A stretch of 64,000 nt of DNA from the NCBI RefSeq assembly GCF_963921235.1, contig NC_086097.1, positions 31,188,001 to 31,252,000 of the forward strand, written 5' to 3'. This document shows positions 1-13,327 of the stretch, in pieces (position 1 is the stretch's first letter; every line of letters starts with the position of its first letter). The DNA is from Mobula hypostoma. Lineage: Eukaryota. The translations under genes were made by a program, and so were the position numbers. A model generated the notes under the pieces. The model searched no databases, was not told the origin of the DNA, and saw only the letters and a program-made list of their open reading frames with translations.

Positions 1-790
1 TATTTAAAGTGGAGGTTCATAGGTTCTTGCTTAGTAAGGGCATTAAAGGTTATGCGGAGAATGCAGGGAAATGGGGATGAGAGGGAAAATAAATCAGTTA
101 TGAATGAATAGCAGAACAGACTTGACGGGTTGAATGGGCTAATTCTGCTCCTCTGTCTTGTGGTCTTACAGTCTTTCAAACTTGCAAGTGTACGCACATA
201 TTAGTCCAAGGGTAACATGAAAAACTGAAGAATTCCCAGCCTCTTCCCCGACTGAGGGAGAAGTACTAGTGAGCTCACATGAGGGAAGAACGGCCAGATA
301 AAATACACACCACAGTGCCTGGGATCAACGTAGCTGGACATAGTGGAGAGAAATGTCAGAGATCAGTCTGAATATACATGATACCTCTTTGCGAGGTTGT
401 TAACTGGATTGCCAAGATGTCTCATCGCCAAACCCTATTCTGCTGATTACAGATAACTCACAGGATGCTACAATATAGGTGGACATTAGGCTGATCAAAT
501 GTTAAAGGTGAACATGGTAGGAGCCCTTCTGATGCAGTGGTTGACATTTACTACTGGCCGAACTCAAACAACATAATCTGTTGGCTTGTAGTATTGCTAA
601 CTGTGGAAACTTGCCATGGAATAGAAGGCTACTGCAATCATCAGTCACTACATTTAAAATAAACTTTAGAGTGCCTGTAGTGAAGATAGAATAAAAATAA
701 AGGCATTTATATTTCTTCTTTTTAATTAATTATGACCACATTTCTAAATAAAAGAGCATAGTGGAGACCCTCATGCCTTTGAAAGAAAAA

Positions 791-1130
791 GGGCAGCACA
801 TAACATAGCAGTTAGCACAATGCTTTACAGCGCCAATGATAACTGATCAGGGTTTAATTCCCACTGCAGTCAGTAAGGCGTTGGTCTCCCCATGATCAAC
901 TGGGCTTTCCCTGGGTGTTCCAGTTTCCTCTCACATTACAAAAATGTACAGCTTAGGGTTAGAGAGTTGTGGGCATGCTATCTTGGGACCAGAAGTGTGG
1001 CAACACTTGCAAGCTGCTCCCCCCACCAGGACATCCTCAAACTATGTTGGTTGTTGACACAAAAGACACATTTCACTGTATGCTTCAATGACTCAATGTA
1101 TATATAACATATAAAGCTAATTTCTTTAAT
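791..1130 (+). mobile_element. tRNA-derived V-type SINE (dominant family in the window)
   Basis: tRNA-like head, V-domain GGGYTTTCC..GGGTGYTCCAGTTTCCTC.CACA and tail ...ataaagctaatcttt. Further full or partial copies at about 5213-5598, 8764-9015, 14783-15063, 18655-18925, 22720-23010, 23570-23855, 37995-38155, 50735-50975, 53935-54125 and 58208-58500 (+), and 23150-23390, 51020-51215, 55230-55520 and 60870-60995/62558-62750 (-). Confidence 0.8.
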
Positions 1131-2374
1131 CACTTCTAATTTTTTTTGACCACATTACTTGAGAAAATAGCACAGTGGAGATCCTTATGCCTTTTAACCT
1201 GAATGCATCTGTTCCTCTAATGTGGTTTAGGAGGCTCAAAAATAGAATTATTGTACTAATAATGGGGCTAATTAAAGAACAGTAGGCTGCTATTTATCTT
1301 AAGAGCATTCACAATTCCCAGTAGTTATCTCCATAATAATACCCCTTTAGTTTCACTGGGTTCATGGTATCTGTATGGTGGAAAATTTACCCCACCCTGC
1401 TGTCCATATCCAGTTATTGTCTCAGGGCTACAGTGAGATTGGCCAGGGTCTCAGCTGGAAAAGTTTGGGGAAATAATAATGACAATCATCAATATAAACA
1501 CAGATATTCTGCAGATGCTGGAATTCCAGAGCATCACACACAAAATGCTGGAGGAACTCAGCAGGTCAGGCAGCAGCTAAGGAGAGGAATAAAGAGTCAA
1601 TGTCCCTGGCCAAGATCCTTCATCAAGGACCATCCTCAGCATCCAGACTACCCAAAAGCCATCAGATGAAGACAGGTTCAGCAGCAGTTAACAGGCTCCA
1701 CACATTCACTAACTTGGATTTAAACTATCATGATCAAGGCACTGCAAGGCCAAAGTCAGTATAGTTTCCTTAAGGGGAAATCTTCTCTGACAAATCTTTT
1801 GGAATTCTTCAAGGAAATAACAGACAGTATAGACGAAGAATCAGTAGATGCTGTTTACTTGGGAGTTTCGGAAGGATTTGACATGACCTTGCATATGAGG
1901 CTGCTAAAAACAGTAAGAGCCCTTGGTACTACAGGAAAGATACTAGCATGGACAGAAGATAGGCCTTTTGTTGGCCGCTGGTGACTGTGAATTTATGGCA
2001 ACACCACAGTAAACAGCAGATATGTGGAAGAAAGAAAATTAGAGAGGGACAGAATTTACGGTATATGAGGGATGGGTCACCCAGGTGTAAGGGTTGGAAA
2101 TACTACATTTGGTATCTCAGCTATAGATTGTGAAGAATTGGGGCCCAAACATCAATCCCTTCAGTACTCCACTCCCCAAAGCTGCCAATCTGACCATAAC
2201 TTGTTCTATTAATATTTATCAAGGAGTCATAGAGCACTGTAGCACAGAAATAGGCCTTTTGGTCCATTTACACCATGCCAAACTATTATTCTGCTTAGTC
2301 CCATTGACCTGTACCTGAACTATAGTTCTTCATATCCCTTTTCTTAAATTACATGAATATATTAGCCCAACTAC

Positions 2375-3945
2375 ATTTTCCAGTGGTCTGATATCTACTC
2401 TTGCCTTTCTTTTATTCTTTATACATCTGAAAAAAAATTAGGTATCCTCTTTGATATTATTGGCTAGCTTACTTTCATATTTCATCTTTTCACTCCTTAT
2501 GGCTTTTTTAGTTGCCTTCTTTTGGTTTTTAAAAGCTTCTCAAATCCAATAATTTCCCACTAATTTTTGCTTTATTATATGCCCTCTCTTTTGCTTTTAT
2601 GTTGGTTTTGACTACCATTGTCAGCCACGTGTGCATCATCCTGCCTTAAGAATACTTCTTCTTTGGGATGTACCTATCCTGCAGCTTCTAAATTGCCCCC
2701 AGAAGCTCCAGCCATCGCTGTTCTGCCATCATCCTTGCTAGTGTCCCCTTCCACTCAACTTTGGTCAGCTCCTCTCTCATTCCTCTGCAATTTCCTTTAA
2801 TCCACTGTAATACTGATACATTTCACTTTAGTTTCTCCCTTTCAAATTGCAGGGTGAATTCTATCATATTATAATCACTGCCTCCGAAGGGTTCCTTTAC
2901 CTTAATTAAGTCTGGTTCATTACATAACACCCAATGCAGAATTGCCTTTTCCCTAGTAGTGTCAACCAGAAGCTGCCCTAAAAAACTAACTTTTTTTGGC
3001 GTGTGCGATGTTGGCTGGACGATGTCTTTTTCAAGCCTTTACAAGGTGCAGAGAGAGAGAGACTGTGTAGTACGCCACTCCTCACACAGACATTTCACAG
3101 TATTTTTCCCTTTATTTTACAAAGTCGAGTTGCGATCACGACACTCAGCCCGGCACGGATGGAAAGCGTACTCGGGAGCGGACCCGGCTGGGTTTGAACC
3201 CGGGAACCTCCGTTCCAGAGTCCGACACTGATGTCATTGTGCCACCAGCCGGCCCCTAAAAAACTAACTTGAAGGCATTTTACAAATTCACTCTCTTGTG
3301 ATTCAAATCCACACCGATCTGACTTTCCCAATCTACCTGCACATTCAAATCCCCCATTGTCCTTTTGACATGCATTTTCTATTTTTCGTTGTAATTTGTA
3401 GCTCACACCCTGGCTACTGTTCAGAGGCCTTTATATAACTCCCAAAAGAGTCTTTTACCCTTACTATTCCTTAACTTTACTCACAGCAATTCTACATTTT
3501 CCGATTCCTATGTCACCTCTTTCTCAGAACCTGATTTTATTTTTTACTAACAGTGCCACACCACCCCCTCAGCCTGCCTGCCTGCCTGTTCTTTCAATAC
3601 AATGTATATCCTTGGATGTTCAGCTCCCAACTATAATCTTCTTTCAGCCGTGACTCAGTGATGCCCATGTCATATCCGCCAATCTCTAACTGTACCAAAA
3701 TCATCTACTTCATTCTGTGTACTGCATGCACTGAAGTATAACACCTTCAGTCCTGTATTTGCTACCCATTTCAATTTTGTCCCCCTGCTACACTGCAACT
3801 CATCCTACTGACTGCAATGTTGCCCTATCATCTGCCTGTTCCGTCCTGACAGTCTCACTATACACTGCCTCCATTCCCCCTTCCTTAGCCCCATCAGTCA
3901 GCTTCCCATCCCTCTGCCAAATTAGTTTAAACCCTCCCCATAGAG
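2375..3945 (-). mobile_element. Decayed CR1 LINE fragment (endonuclease/linker region) interrupted by a SINE
   Basis: Similar to CR1 sequence at 6980-7180, 35290-35450, 42100-42420 and 44024-44245; many stops. Confidence 0.75.
2993..3254 (-). mobile_element. Young tRNA-derived SINE with poly(A) tail and 16-bp TSD
   Basis: Minus-strand head GGCCGGCTGGTGGCACAATGA...GGTTCAAACCC (A and B boxes) and a short A tail. Perfect direct repeat CCTAAAAAACTAACTT at 2977-2992 and 3255-3270. Confidence 0.88.
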
Positions 3946-5597
3946 TATCTGGTACTCTACTGGATACATCCACAAAGAACACCAATGAGTTAAGTATGAT
4001 TTTGGTTTCATACTGTAAACGCATGATAACTCTCAATCATATTATTGCTTGCCAAGAGGTTTCCTCTTTTGTAGATTTCACGATTTCCCAAACACCTACG
4101 TCAGGGTAATAGGTGTTAAGTCCACTCCCACTGTATCTTTGTCTCTTTTATATAGTGTGGTCACACTTGGCACCTTCTATAGAAACCATTCCAGAAGCCA
4201 GAGAGTTTTGGAATGAATGCCTCCTTAAGAGTCATGGGGCCCTTAGCACAGAAAAAGGCCCTCTGGTCCACTACTCTGTACCAAACAGTTAGTCTGTCTA
4301 GTTCCCTCAACCCACACCTGGACCACAGCCCTTCACTCTCTTCCCATCCATGTACTTATCCAAACTTGACTTAAATGTTACTACCAAACCCACATCCACC
4401 ACTTCACTGGCAGCTCTTTCCATACTCACACTACCCTTCGAATGAAGAAGATCCCCCTTAATAAAGAATTTTAACTAATTTTATCTTCATGGCCACCTCT
4501 TTTGAACCTCTGGGAAATATATTTCAATAGGAGTTTGACGATATTTGGTTTGTTACCTAAAACACTCAAAAACTTCTACAGATGTACCATGGAGAGCATG
4601 TTGACAGATTGCATCACAGGCTGATGTGGGGGGCGGGGGGTCTATACTGCACAAGACTGAAAGAAGCTACAGAAAGTTGTAAAATTAGTCAGCTCCACCT
4701 TGGTTCTAGACTCCATAGTATCAAAGACATTATCAAGGAGTGATGCCTCTATTACTAAGGACCCCCGTCACCCAGGACATTCTCTCTTCTCACTGTTAGC
4801 GTCGGGAAGTAGGTACCGAAGCCTGAAGGCACAAACTCAGTGATTCAGGAACAGCTTCTTTCCACTGCCATCCCATTTCTAAATGGACATTAGACCCATG
4901 AACACTACCTCACTTTTTCTTTATTATTTCTGTTTTTGTACTACTGTTTTTAATTTAGCTATTTAATATACATATATATTTACTGCATTTCATTTCTTTA
5001 TTGTTTTCTATACTTATCGTAGAAAAATGCGAAGTTAACAAATTTCATGACATAGGCTGGTGACAGTAAACCTGATTCTGATGAGGTAACCCTTGAGATT
5101 GATGTGAGAATTGCACGTTCTTCCACCAAAAGGACACGATGACCTCAGTACAGCAGCCTGCAAAATCAAAGACCACACCCACCCTGAACATTTTCTCTTC
5201 TACCCTTCCCCAACATGGTACAGCAGTGTAGTGGTTGGTGTAATGCTTTAAAGCATCAGCGATCACCAATCGCGGGTCAATTCCTGCCACTGTCTTTAAG
5301 GAGTTTGTACACTGTCCTCGTGACCACGTTGGTTTCCTCCAGGTACTCCAGTTTCCTCGCACATTTCAAAGACGTATGGGTTAGGGTTAGTGAGCTGTGG
5401 GCATGCTATGTTGCCGTCAGAAGCATGGTGACACTTGTGGCCTGTTCCCAGCACATCCTTGGACTGTGTTGGCCGTTGATGCATCTCACTGTATGTTTCC
5501 ACAATACCAGAAGACATAGGAGCAGAATCAGGCCACTCGGCCCATCAAGTTTGCCTTGCCATTCACGTTTTGAAGTACACATGACAAATAAGGCTAA

Positions 5598-7180
5598 TAA
5601 GACCATAAGACATAGGAGCAGCATCAGGCCATTCGACAATTCAGCTGCCACTCCATCATGGCTGATTTAATTTGCCTCTCAATCCCATTCTCCTGCCTTC
5701 TCCCCATAACCTTGGCACCCTTACTAATCAAGCACCTATAAACTTTCACTTTTAATATAGTTAATGACTTGGCCTCCACAACTGTCTGTGGTAATGAATT
5801 CTAGATTCACTATCCTCTGGCTGAAGAAATTCCTCCTCATCTCTGTTCTAAAGGGACATCCTTCTATTCTGAGTCTGTGCCCACTGGATCTAGACTCCCC
5901 ACTAAATGAAACATCCTCTCCAAATCCACTCTATCTGGGTCTTTCAATGGTCAATAGGTTTCACTGAAATCCTCCTTCATTCTTCTGGCATGGCCTGCTG
6001 AGTTCCTCCAGCATTTTGCGTGTGTTGCTTCATTCTTCCAAACTGCAGTGAGTACAGACCCAGAGCCATCAAACACACTTTGCACTTCTGATTTTTGATT
6101 TTTTTCCAGTTTAAAGAATAGTCTATGTATTTATCCTTTTACCAAATTGCATGACCCCACACTGTATTCCATCTCCCACATCTTTGCCCATTCTTCTAAT
6201 CTGTCTAAGTCCTTCTGTAGACTCCCTGCTTTCTCAACAATACCAGCCCTTTAAGTTTGTATCATCCACAAACTTAGCCACAAAGCCATCAATTCCATCA
6301 TTCAAATTATAACATGAAAAGAATCAGTCCCAACACCAATCCCTGTGGAACATCATGAGTCACCAGCTGCCAACCAGAAAAGGCCCCCTTTATACACACT
6401 CTTTGCCTCCTACCAGTCAGCCAATCTACTATCCATGGTATTATCTTTCCTATAATACCATGAGTTCTCATCTTGTTTAGCAGCCTTCTGAAAATCCAAT
6501 TAAACAACATGCACTGACTCTCATTTGTCTGTTATTTCCTCAAAGGATTCCAGCAGATTTGTCAGGCAAGATTTCTCTTTGGAACCACGCTGACTTTGGC
6601 CTATTTTATCATGTGACTCCAAAGTACATCCTTATTAATGGGCTCCAACACCTTCTCAATCACTAAAGTCAGGCTCATTGGCCTGTAATTTCCTTTCTTT
6701 TGCCTCCCTCCCTTCTTAAATAACGGAGTGACATTTGCTGTTTTCCTCTGGAACCATTCCAGAATCTAGTGATTCTTGAAAGACCTAATGCCTAATGGCT
6801 CCACAACCTCTTCAACTACCTCTTTCAGAGCCCTGTGGTGTAATCCATCTGGTCCACATGAGTTATCTACTTTCAGACCTTTCAGCTTTCTAAGCATCTT
6901 CCCCTTAGTAACAGCAGCTACACTCACTCCTGCTCCTTGACACTCTTGACTATCTGGCATATTGCTGGTGTCTTCCACAGTGAGGACTGATACAAAATAC
7001 TTCTTATGTTCATCTGCCATTTCTTTGTTCCCCATTACCACCTCTACAGCATCATTTTCCAGCAGTTCAATATCCACTCTCACCTTTCTTTTACTCTTTA
7101 GGTGTCTGAAAACACTTATGGTATCCTCCTTCATATTATTGCCTAGCTTACCTTCATATTTAATCTTTTCTCTCCCTAAG
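5598..7180 (-). mobile_element. Decayed CR1 LINE (RT region to 3' end)
   Basis: Translated fragments WLTGRRQRV...VPQGLVLG and LKGLKVDNSCGPDGLHHRALKE; CR1 3' tail (agaccataagacatagg on +). Confidence 0.85.
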
Positions 7181-7759
7181 GATTTAATTATTTTATTTAA
7201 ATTAAATGTCTGAAAGCATGTAGCCCCAGGCTCAAAGACAGCTTCTACCCAGCTATTATAAGACTATTGAATAGTCTCCTAGTACAAGGTTGACTCTTGA
7301 CCTCACAATCTACCTTGTTATGACCTTGCACCTTGACTGCCTGCACTGTACTTTCTCTGTAACTGTAAGTTTATTCTGCACTCCCTTGTACGACCTCAAT
7401 GATCTGTATAAACAGTATGCGAGAAGATTTCCTCTGTATCTCAGTATGTGACAACAATAAACCAATTTACCAATTTACATAATGTCTCAGACAGGATGAG
7501 CAAGTAGGTGTTCAGAGAGGGAGTGTTTAATCTGCTGTTTACAGTAGGCTTTTGCGTGCCTGAAATGTGAACTAATGATTCTTAAGAACTAAATGTTCCT
7601 TCTCCACCTTAAGTGGTCATGAGCTAGGAATTCCCAGAAGTCAGTCAGGAAATTAATTTATCAAGAAGGTTTTTAGCACATCCTTGAATCTTTCACTATC
7701 TCAGAGGACCTGTCCTAGACCCTTCATATAAATGTAATTGCAAGGAAACAGTGCCTCTA

Positions 7760-8350
7760 CTTCCTTAGGAGTCTGTGGAGATTTGGCATGTCACCAAAAA
7801 CCTTAACAAACTTCTATAGATGGTGGTGGAAAGCGCATTGACTGGCTGCACTGAACAGAAAATCCAACAAAAGGTAGTGGATTTGGCCCAATACATCATG
7901 GGTAAAACCCTCCCAACCATTGAGAACATATATATAAAATGTTGTCGTAGAAAAACAGCTTTTATCATCAAAGATCCTAAACACCCAGCCCACGAGCTTC
8001 ACTTCTTCCTGCCATCAGGGAGAAGGTACAAGAACTTCAGGATTCGCACCACCTGATTCAAGAACAGTTACTACCCCTCAACCATCAGGGTCTTGAACGA
8101 AAGAAGGTAATTACACTCATTCTATTTCTGATGTTCCCACAACCAAGGATCTCACTATAAGGACTCTTTACCTTGTTATTTCAGGTTCTCATTATTTATT
8201 ACTAATTATTTATATTTGCATTTGCACAGCTTGTTGTTCATAGATCCTGTTTCCAGTTATTGTTCTTTTGATTCTCAGGAAAAAGAGTCGCAGGGTTGTA
8301 TGTAGTGACATGTATGTACTCTGACAATAAATTTTACTTTGAACTTTGAG
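7760..8350 (+). mobile_element. Rex1/Babar-type LINE 3' fragment
   Basis: ESALTGC...IIKDPKHPAHELHFFLPSGRRY and tail aataaattttactttgaactttga. Related fragments at about 4530-5085, 36830-37570, 52560-53250, 55975-56845, 59280-59735 and 63170-63980. Confidence 0.8.
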
Positions 8351-11300
8351 TTTGTCCATCCAAGAAGAGCTTGAAAAATAAGTGTGTGTTTCTGGAACCT
8401 GCTGTTAAATATGACAATAACATGCCCGAAGCAAAAAAAACACAGGAGGAACTCAGTGGGTTATGATGTTAGTTATCTTACTTCTTTCTGGCCATCCAGA
8501 GTTTTATTTTATTTAGAGATAAAGCACAGAAACAAACCCTTCTTGCCCAACACGATCCCCTTACTGCCCTTGCCCTTCATGGTGGCCGGGATCTACTGGT
8601 TTGGGAGTCGCAAATGGAATGCAATATTATGACAATATCAGCTAGAACTTTGACTGCTGTTCTTGTGATAGAAGGGAAGCCCATTGATGAAAGAGCTGCA
8701 GATCAACTCCTCCAGTGATGTCTAAGGTAAGAATGACAGAGGGCAGGGATGCTCTTAGGAGCCTTGGCATAGCAGTATAGCAGTTAGCATAACTCTATTA
8801 GAGCACTAGATTCTGATTCAGATTCTTCCTATTAACACATGGGTTTCCTTCGGGTGCTCCAGTTTCCTCCCACATTTCAATGACACATGGGTTAGGGTTA
8901 GTAAGTTGAGGGCATGCTATATTGGCAACATTTGCTAGCTGCCCCCAGCATTTCCTTGGTTGTGTTGGACATTGCATTTCACTGTACATGTGACAAATAA
9001 AGCAAATCTCTTTAATCTTCTCCTTCCATTAAATGTCCACTGCCATTCATCACCAGGCGTGATAGGACTGTGGAGATTCGATCTGACCCACTGCACGAGA
9101 TCACGATCCCCAGCATGTTATTTTTGCTATTGAGCATGTACACCATCTAGCAGCTTCACTAGCATTGTACCTCGTCCTTTCTTACGCAGACCTCATGCTT
9201 CTATCATGTCTTTCTGCACTCCTTAAGGTGCTCTAAGTCCCTGGATCTGCATGTCCAGGAGTTGGAGGCCCAACGCCTGCAAGTTTAGGCCAAGGCAACC
9301 CTGCGCGCCCCCCCCCCCCAAGATCCTGGGGTCAGAGACTGTGCAAGTCTGCAGTTCTCAGTACTGTTAGCTGTGAGTCCTGGTGTTGATACTGAAGGAC
9401 GAAGCCCTTCGATATTAGACCAAAGTTGGCGAGTCTGGAAATTAAGGTTCAATGGTCAATGCCACTGCGCCAGTGGGTCTGGTAGTTGGAGGTTCGATCT
9501 CTACATGTCTGAGAGTTCAGAGCTAAGGACTCTAAGCCAGCCTGTCTGTGCGTGGGAAGGAAGGTGTGAAAGGAGCTTGTTTTGCTGTTGTTGTTTTGTT
9601 GCCGATTGTGTTGTTCTGCTGAACATTATGGACATGCTACGTTGCTGCCGGAATATGTGGCAACACTTGCAGACAGCCCCAGCACAGGTTTAGGTTGTGT
9701 TGGTTATTAACATAAATGACGCATTTCACTGTATGCTTTGATGCATGTGTGATGGAGAGCACTTGGAAAATGTACTCCTTACACACATGCACGTATACAC
9801 ACCCAAACATTGCCTTGTCATTTTGCTATAGATTGTATTTAAGATAGATACTTCTGTTTATTGTGTAATATGATTGTAACTACATTGTGGGGTGCATCAT
9901 ATTCTAATTCATGTTGGTAATTAAAGATGATTTGTCCTAGTGCTGAATAAATAGGGATCATCACTCTTGGTAGGAACCATAGAACCATAGAACCATAGAC
10001 CACTGCAGCACAGAAAACAGGCCATTCGGCCCTTCTAGTCTGTGCCGAAACTTTATTCTGCTAGTCCCATTGACCTGCACCCAGTCCATAACTCTCCAGA
10101 CCTCTCCCATCCATGTATCTATCCACTTTATTCTTAAAACTTAAGAGTGAGCAAGAGATGAGGGCTGCCAGGAGTTCACACTGGGTAAAAATAGTAAGGA
10201 GCTATTATTGTGTTTTCTAGTAGATATCTTTTTGTAAATGTTGGCAGCTTTCTTTTTACCTCAAATTTGTAAGTTTGATTTTTGAGGCACCTAGTAAACA
10301 CTTTTGCACTAAAGTGCCAAAGCAACTCCACACATTTTTTTTCTTTGGTCATACTGCTCATATCCAAGAACATGTGATAAATACATCTAAACCTAAATCC
10401 TTTGACAACAGTGGTAGGATGAGGGATGTGACAGGCCATGAGGTTACATACTGATGTGATGGACTTCTCTGTGGGTCCCCAGGGCTCAGTTTTGAGCTGC
10501 CACATCATACCAGAGCCCATCCCATTTCCCACACTTGCAGTGACACACACATCAGAAGACGGCCATCATGTGAAGATGGGACTTGTCTCCACAAGGACAG
10601 GGTGCAATAAGAGGCAGATGCACCAACTACAGGTAGACCAGGGAGGTTTATTCCTCATGTATATCTCATCACCAGCAAACCCAGTCAGTCACAGAGCACT
10701 ATAGCACAGAAACAGGCCCTTCAGCCCATCTAGTCAATGTCAAACTGCTTTTTGCCTAGTCCCACCCACCAGCACCCAGACCATAGCCCTCTATACCCCT
10801 CCCACCTATGTACTTATCCAAACTTCTCTTCAACATTGAAATTGAATCCTCATCTACCACTTGCGCAGGCAGCTCATTCGCACCACCCTCGGAGTGAAAA
10901 TCTCCCCCTCATGATCCCCTTAAACATTTCACCTTTCAACCTTAACCCATGACTTCTAGTTCTAGTTCACTCAATCTCAGTGGGAAAACACACGAGAAAA
11001 TCTGCAGATGCTGGAGAAAGGCAGCATCTGTGGAAAAGAGAAAAAAATCCTCTAGAAGGGTCTCAGCCCAAAACATCGACTGCTTACTATTTTCCATGGA
11101 TGCTGCCTGGCCTGCTGAGTTCCTCCAGCATTTTGTGTCTGTTGCTCTCAGTGGAAAAAGCCTGCTTACATTTAACCTATCTATATCCCTCATAATTGTG
11201 TATATCTCTATCAAATCTCCCTCCTTCTCTTTACGCTCCAGTCCTCCAGCGCACTGTCAGAACCATCCCAAGTATATTCTGTGCTTCTGGTGTCGCCATT

Positions 11301-12726
11301 ATTGGGTCGTTTTGTGGTGCTGCTTGACATAAATCCCTATCAAGCTGCCCAGTGTTTGATCAACAAAGCTGAAACACTATGTAATATAACAGATTGCCCC
11401 TTAAATCGCACGTCCGCCAAAGGCACGGATGTTTATTCGGTATCTCGGGGTCCCTCTGCCGTTGCAGGCAGGAATCGTTCGGGAAAATAACACACACTGT
11501 TTAAGCCCAACCCCCCACCACCTCCTCTTGTGTCATTTCCAATTCCTGAATCGCTTGGTTTTGAAGAGGGGTGGGAGGATCGAGCTTGATCATGGTTTCC
11601 TGCTCCTGGGAGCTTCGCGGGACCCAAAGTTTGGCCGTCTGTTCTCGCCTTGCCGAGCTCAGTTAAAGGCAGCCCAGGTACGGAAGCGGCCGGAGAAATA
11701 GCTTAGGTCGGCGGATCGACAAATAAATGGCGTTCTGATTCACGGAGTCAGCGCAACAGTGGCCTCTGAGAACGGCGGAGCGGGTTCGGTACACCGCAAT
11801 CCGTCCCTCCTCTTGCTGTTAGTAATTCGCTTTTTTTTTGCTTTAAAAAAGGTTGAATTTATTAGGCGAAATGCAGGTTAAATCCTTGGGGGCGGTCGGA
11901 TTTGTTTTTTTTTGTTTTCTCTCTACTTTGTTTAAAAACTGATTAATCGACCGAATTTGTGAGGTTTCGATTGCTAAACCAACTTTTTAAAAAAAATTCT
12001 GTTTTAACCAGACTGAATTAACACAACCGGTGGAATTAATCTATAAATATTGATGTGTCGGATCACTCTGTAATTGTGTGCGCGCGTGCGCGAGTGCATG
12101 TGGGTGGGTTGATTGGATTGACATGCAAATATCTCTCTGGTCCGTCCCCTTCTTTGCTTGTATTTTAATATCTCGCTCAATCTGAGCTGGTTCAGATTTC
12201 ATTACCGCCCCCTCGTTTCTCTCTGCCTTTCCTCCTCCTCGATTATTGGAGCTTGGTGTTTGGGTTAGGTTGGGTCGGCATCACGTGAACACCTGCTGTT
12301 AGTAAAAGGGGGAAGCCAGCAAAATCGGATAGTTTGTAGACTGCAGCCAGCATCGGGATTAAACAAAATACCTTCTGTTTGTTTGCCGTTCGCTGAGAGT
12401 TGGCCCCAGCAAAGCAAGAACCTACTTAGTCTAAGATGTAGATGCCTTCAACTTTTGCCCCAAGAAGTGACCGAAATCTTACAAAGACAAATCTGACGAT
12501 TTTTAAAAACGAAACGTTTTATAAGCGTACGCAGCAGTAGTAGCTCGCCTGGATATTTACTGGGCTGTATTTTTTTCTTTGGGATTTAAATCGGAGGACG
12601 CGAAGGACGGATTTTTTTTAAAAAGAAATCGTTATATCTGCTTCGAGAGAGTGAAATAAACTTTTAACTGCAAATCTGGCTCGCATCCACTGGTGGAAAA
12701 TTAAACTAAAGCAGTCCAGGATCTTT

Positions 12727-12751
12727 ATGTTGTTGGTGAAATATATTCAGG
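12727..12751 (+). CDS. BTBD6: Candidate first coding exon of BTBD6 (MLLVKYIQ+G)
   Basis: ATG at 12727 and donor G|GTTAGT at 12752. The phase-1 G joins AA at 12857 to give E-T-L-K-K in frame across a 105-nt intron. Spliced CDS would be 1542 nt / 513 aa. Confidence 0.55.
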
Positions 12752-12856
12752 GTTAGTAAATGAACAAAGTTTCCCTCCCCATTTATTATATATTTTTTGA
12801 GGGTATGAATTAAGGGAGACGGTCTGGTTTAACGACTCATTTCTCCCTTTCTGTAG

Positions 12857-13130
12857 AAACGCTGAAGAAGTCCAAGAGTGTGAGAAAAGATAGCGGCAGG
12901 CTGCCAGCTTGCTATGAGATTGTAACTATTTCTCTGAGCAAGAAGATGGCTGCGGAACTGTACCCGTCGAAACACGGTAACAGCCAGCAGAACAGCGAGC
13001 ACAGCGGCAACAGCGCGGTGAACGCTTCCAAGAGGAGCCTACTGCTTCGACAGGGTCAACAGAAGCCACTGAACAACAATCACATCCACAACACCAACTG
13101 GCAGTCCTTTTACCCTACCCTGCGGGAAAG
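12857..13130 (+). CDS. BTBD6: BTBD6 coding exon (ETLKKSK...CYEIV...KKMAAELY...NWQSFYPTLRER); alternative ATG at 12946 gives 475 aa
   Basis: Acceptor ttctccctttctgtag and donor AG|GTGAGC. MAAELY is characteristic of BTBD6 (BTBD3 has MAADIF). Confidence 0.9.
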
Positions 13131-13236
13131 GTGAGCGCCTCTTCCACCAGCAATCACCCCGCCCTTCCTGCTAAATCGAACCATCCGCTAAAGTTTTTTT
13201 GTTTTTACAACCTGTTTTGCACTTTACTCGCCACAG

Positions 13237-13327
13237 GAATGCCATGATGTACAACAACGAACTGATGGCTGACGTGCATTTCATCGTGGGGCCGCCGGGA
13301 GCATCACAGAGAGTGCCAGCTCACAAG
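13237..13327 (+). CDS. BTBD6: BTBD6 coding exon, 91 nt, start of BTB domain (NAMMYNNELMADVHFIVGPPGASQRVPAHK)
   Basis: cacag|G acceptor, AAG|GTGTGT donor, phases consistent on both sides, BTB ADVHF...PAHK motif. Confidence 0.95.

Noticed and set aside
3175..3254. tRNA gene candidates here and at 58514-58580
   Set aside because: A and B boxes are present, but they are SINE heads followed by body, tail and TSD; no convincing cloverleaf.
5378..5392. GGGTTAGGGTTAG telomere-like motif, recurring many times
   Set aside because: Fixed internal part of the V-SINE consensus, not an interstitial telomere array.
1..11400. Searched for the next BRF1 exon (DPCLYIPRF...) here, and for the preceding exon in 48900-64000
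   Set aside because: No matching translation found by eye; both probably lie outside the window (tblastn would confirm).
11429..11701. ORFs in the CpG island as a separate gene or an alternative BRF1 first exon
   Set aside because: No recognisable homology or supported splice pattern; expected by chance in GC-rich sequence.
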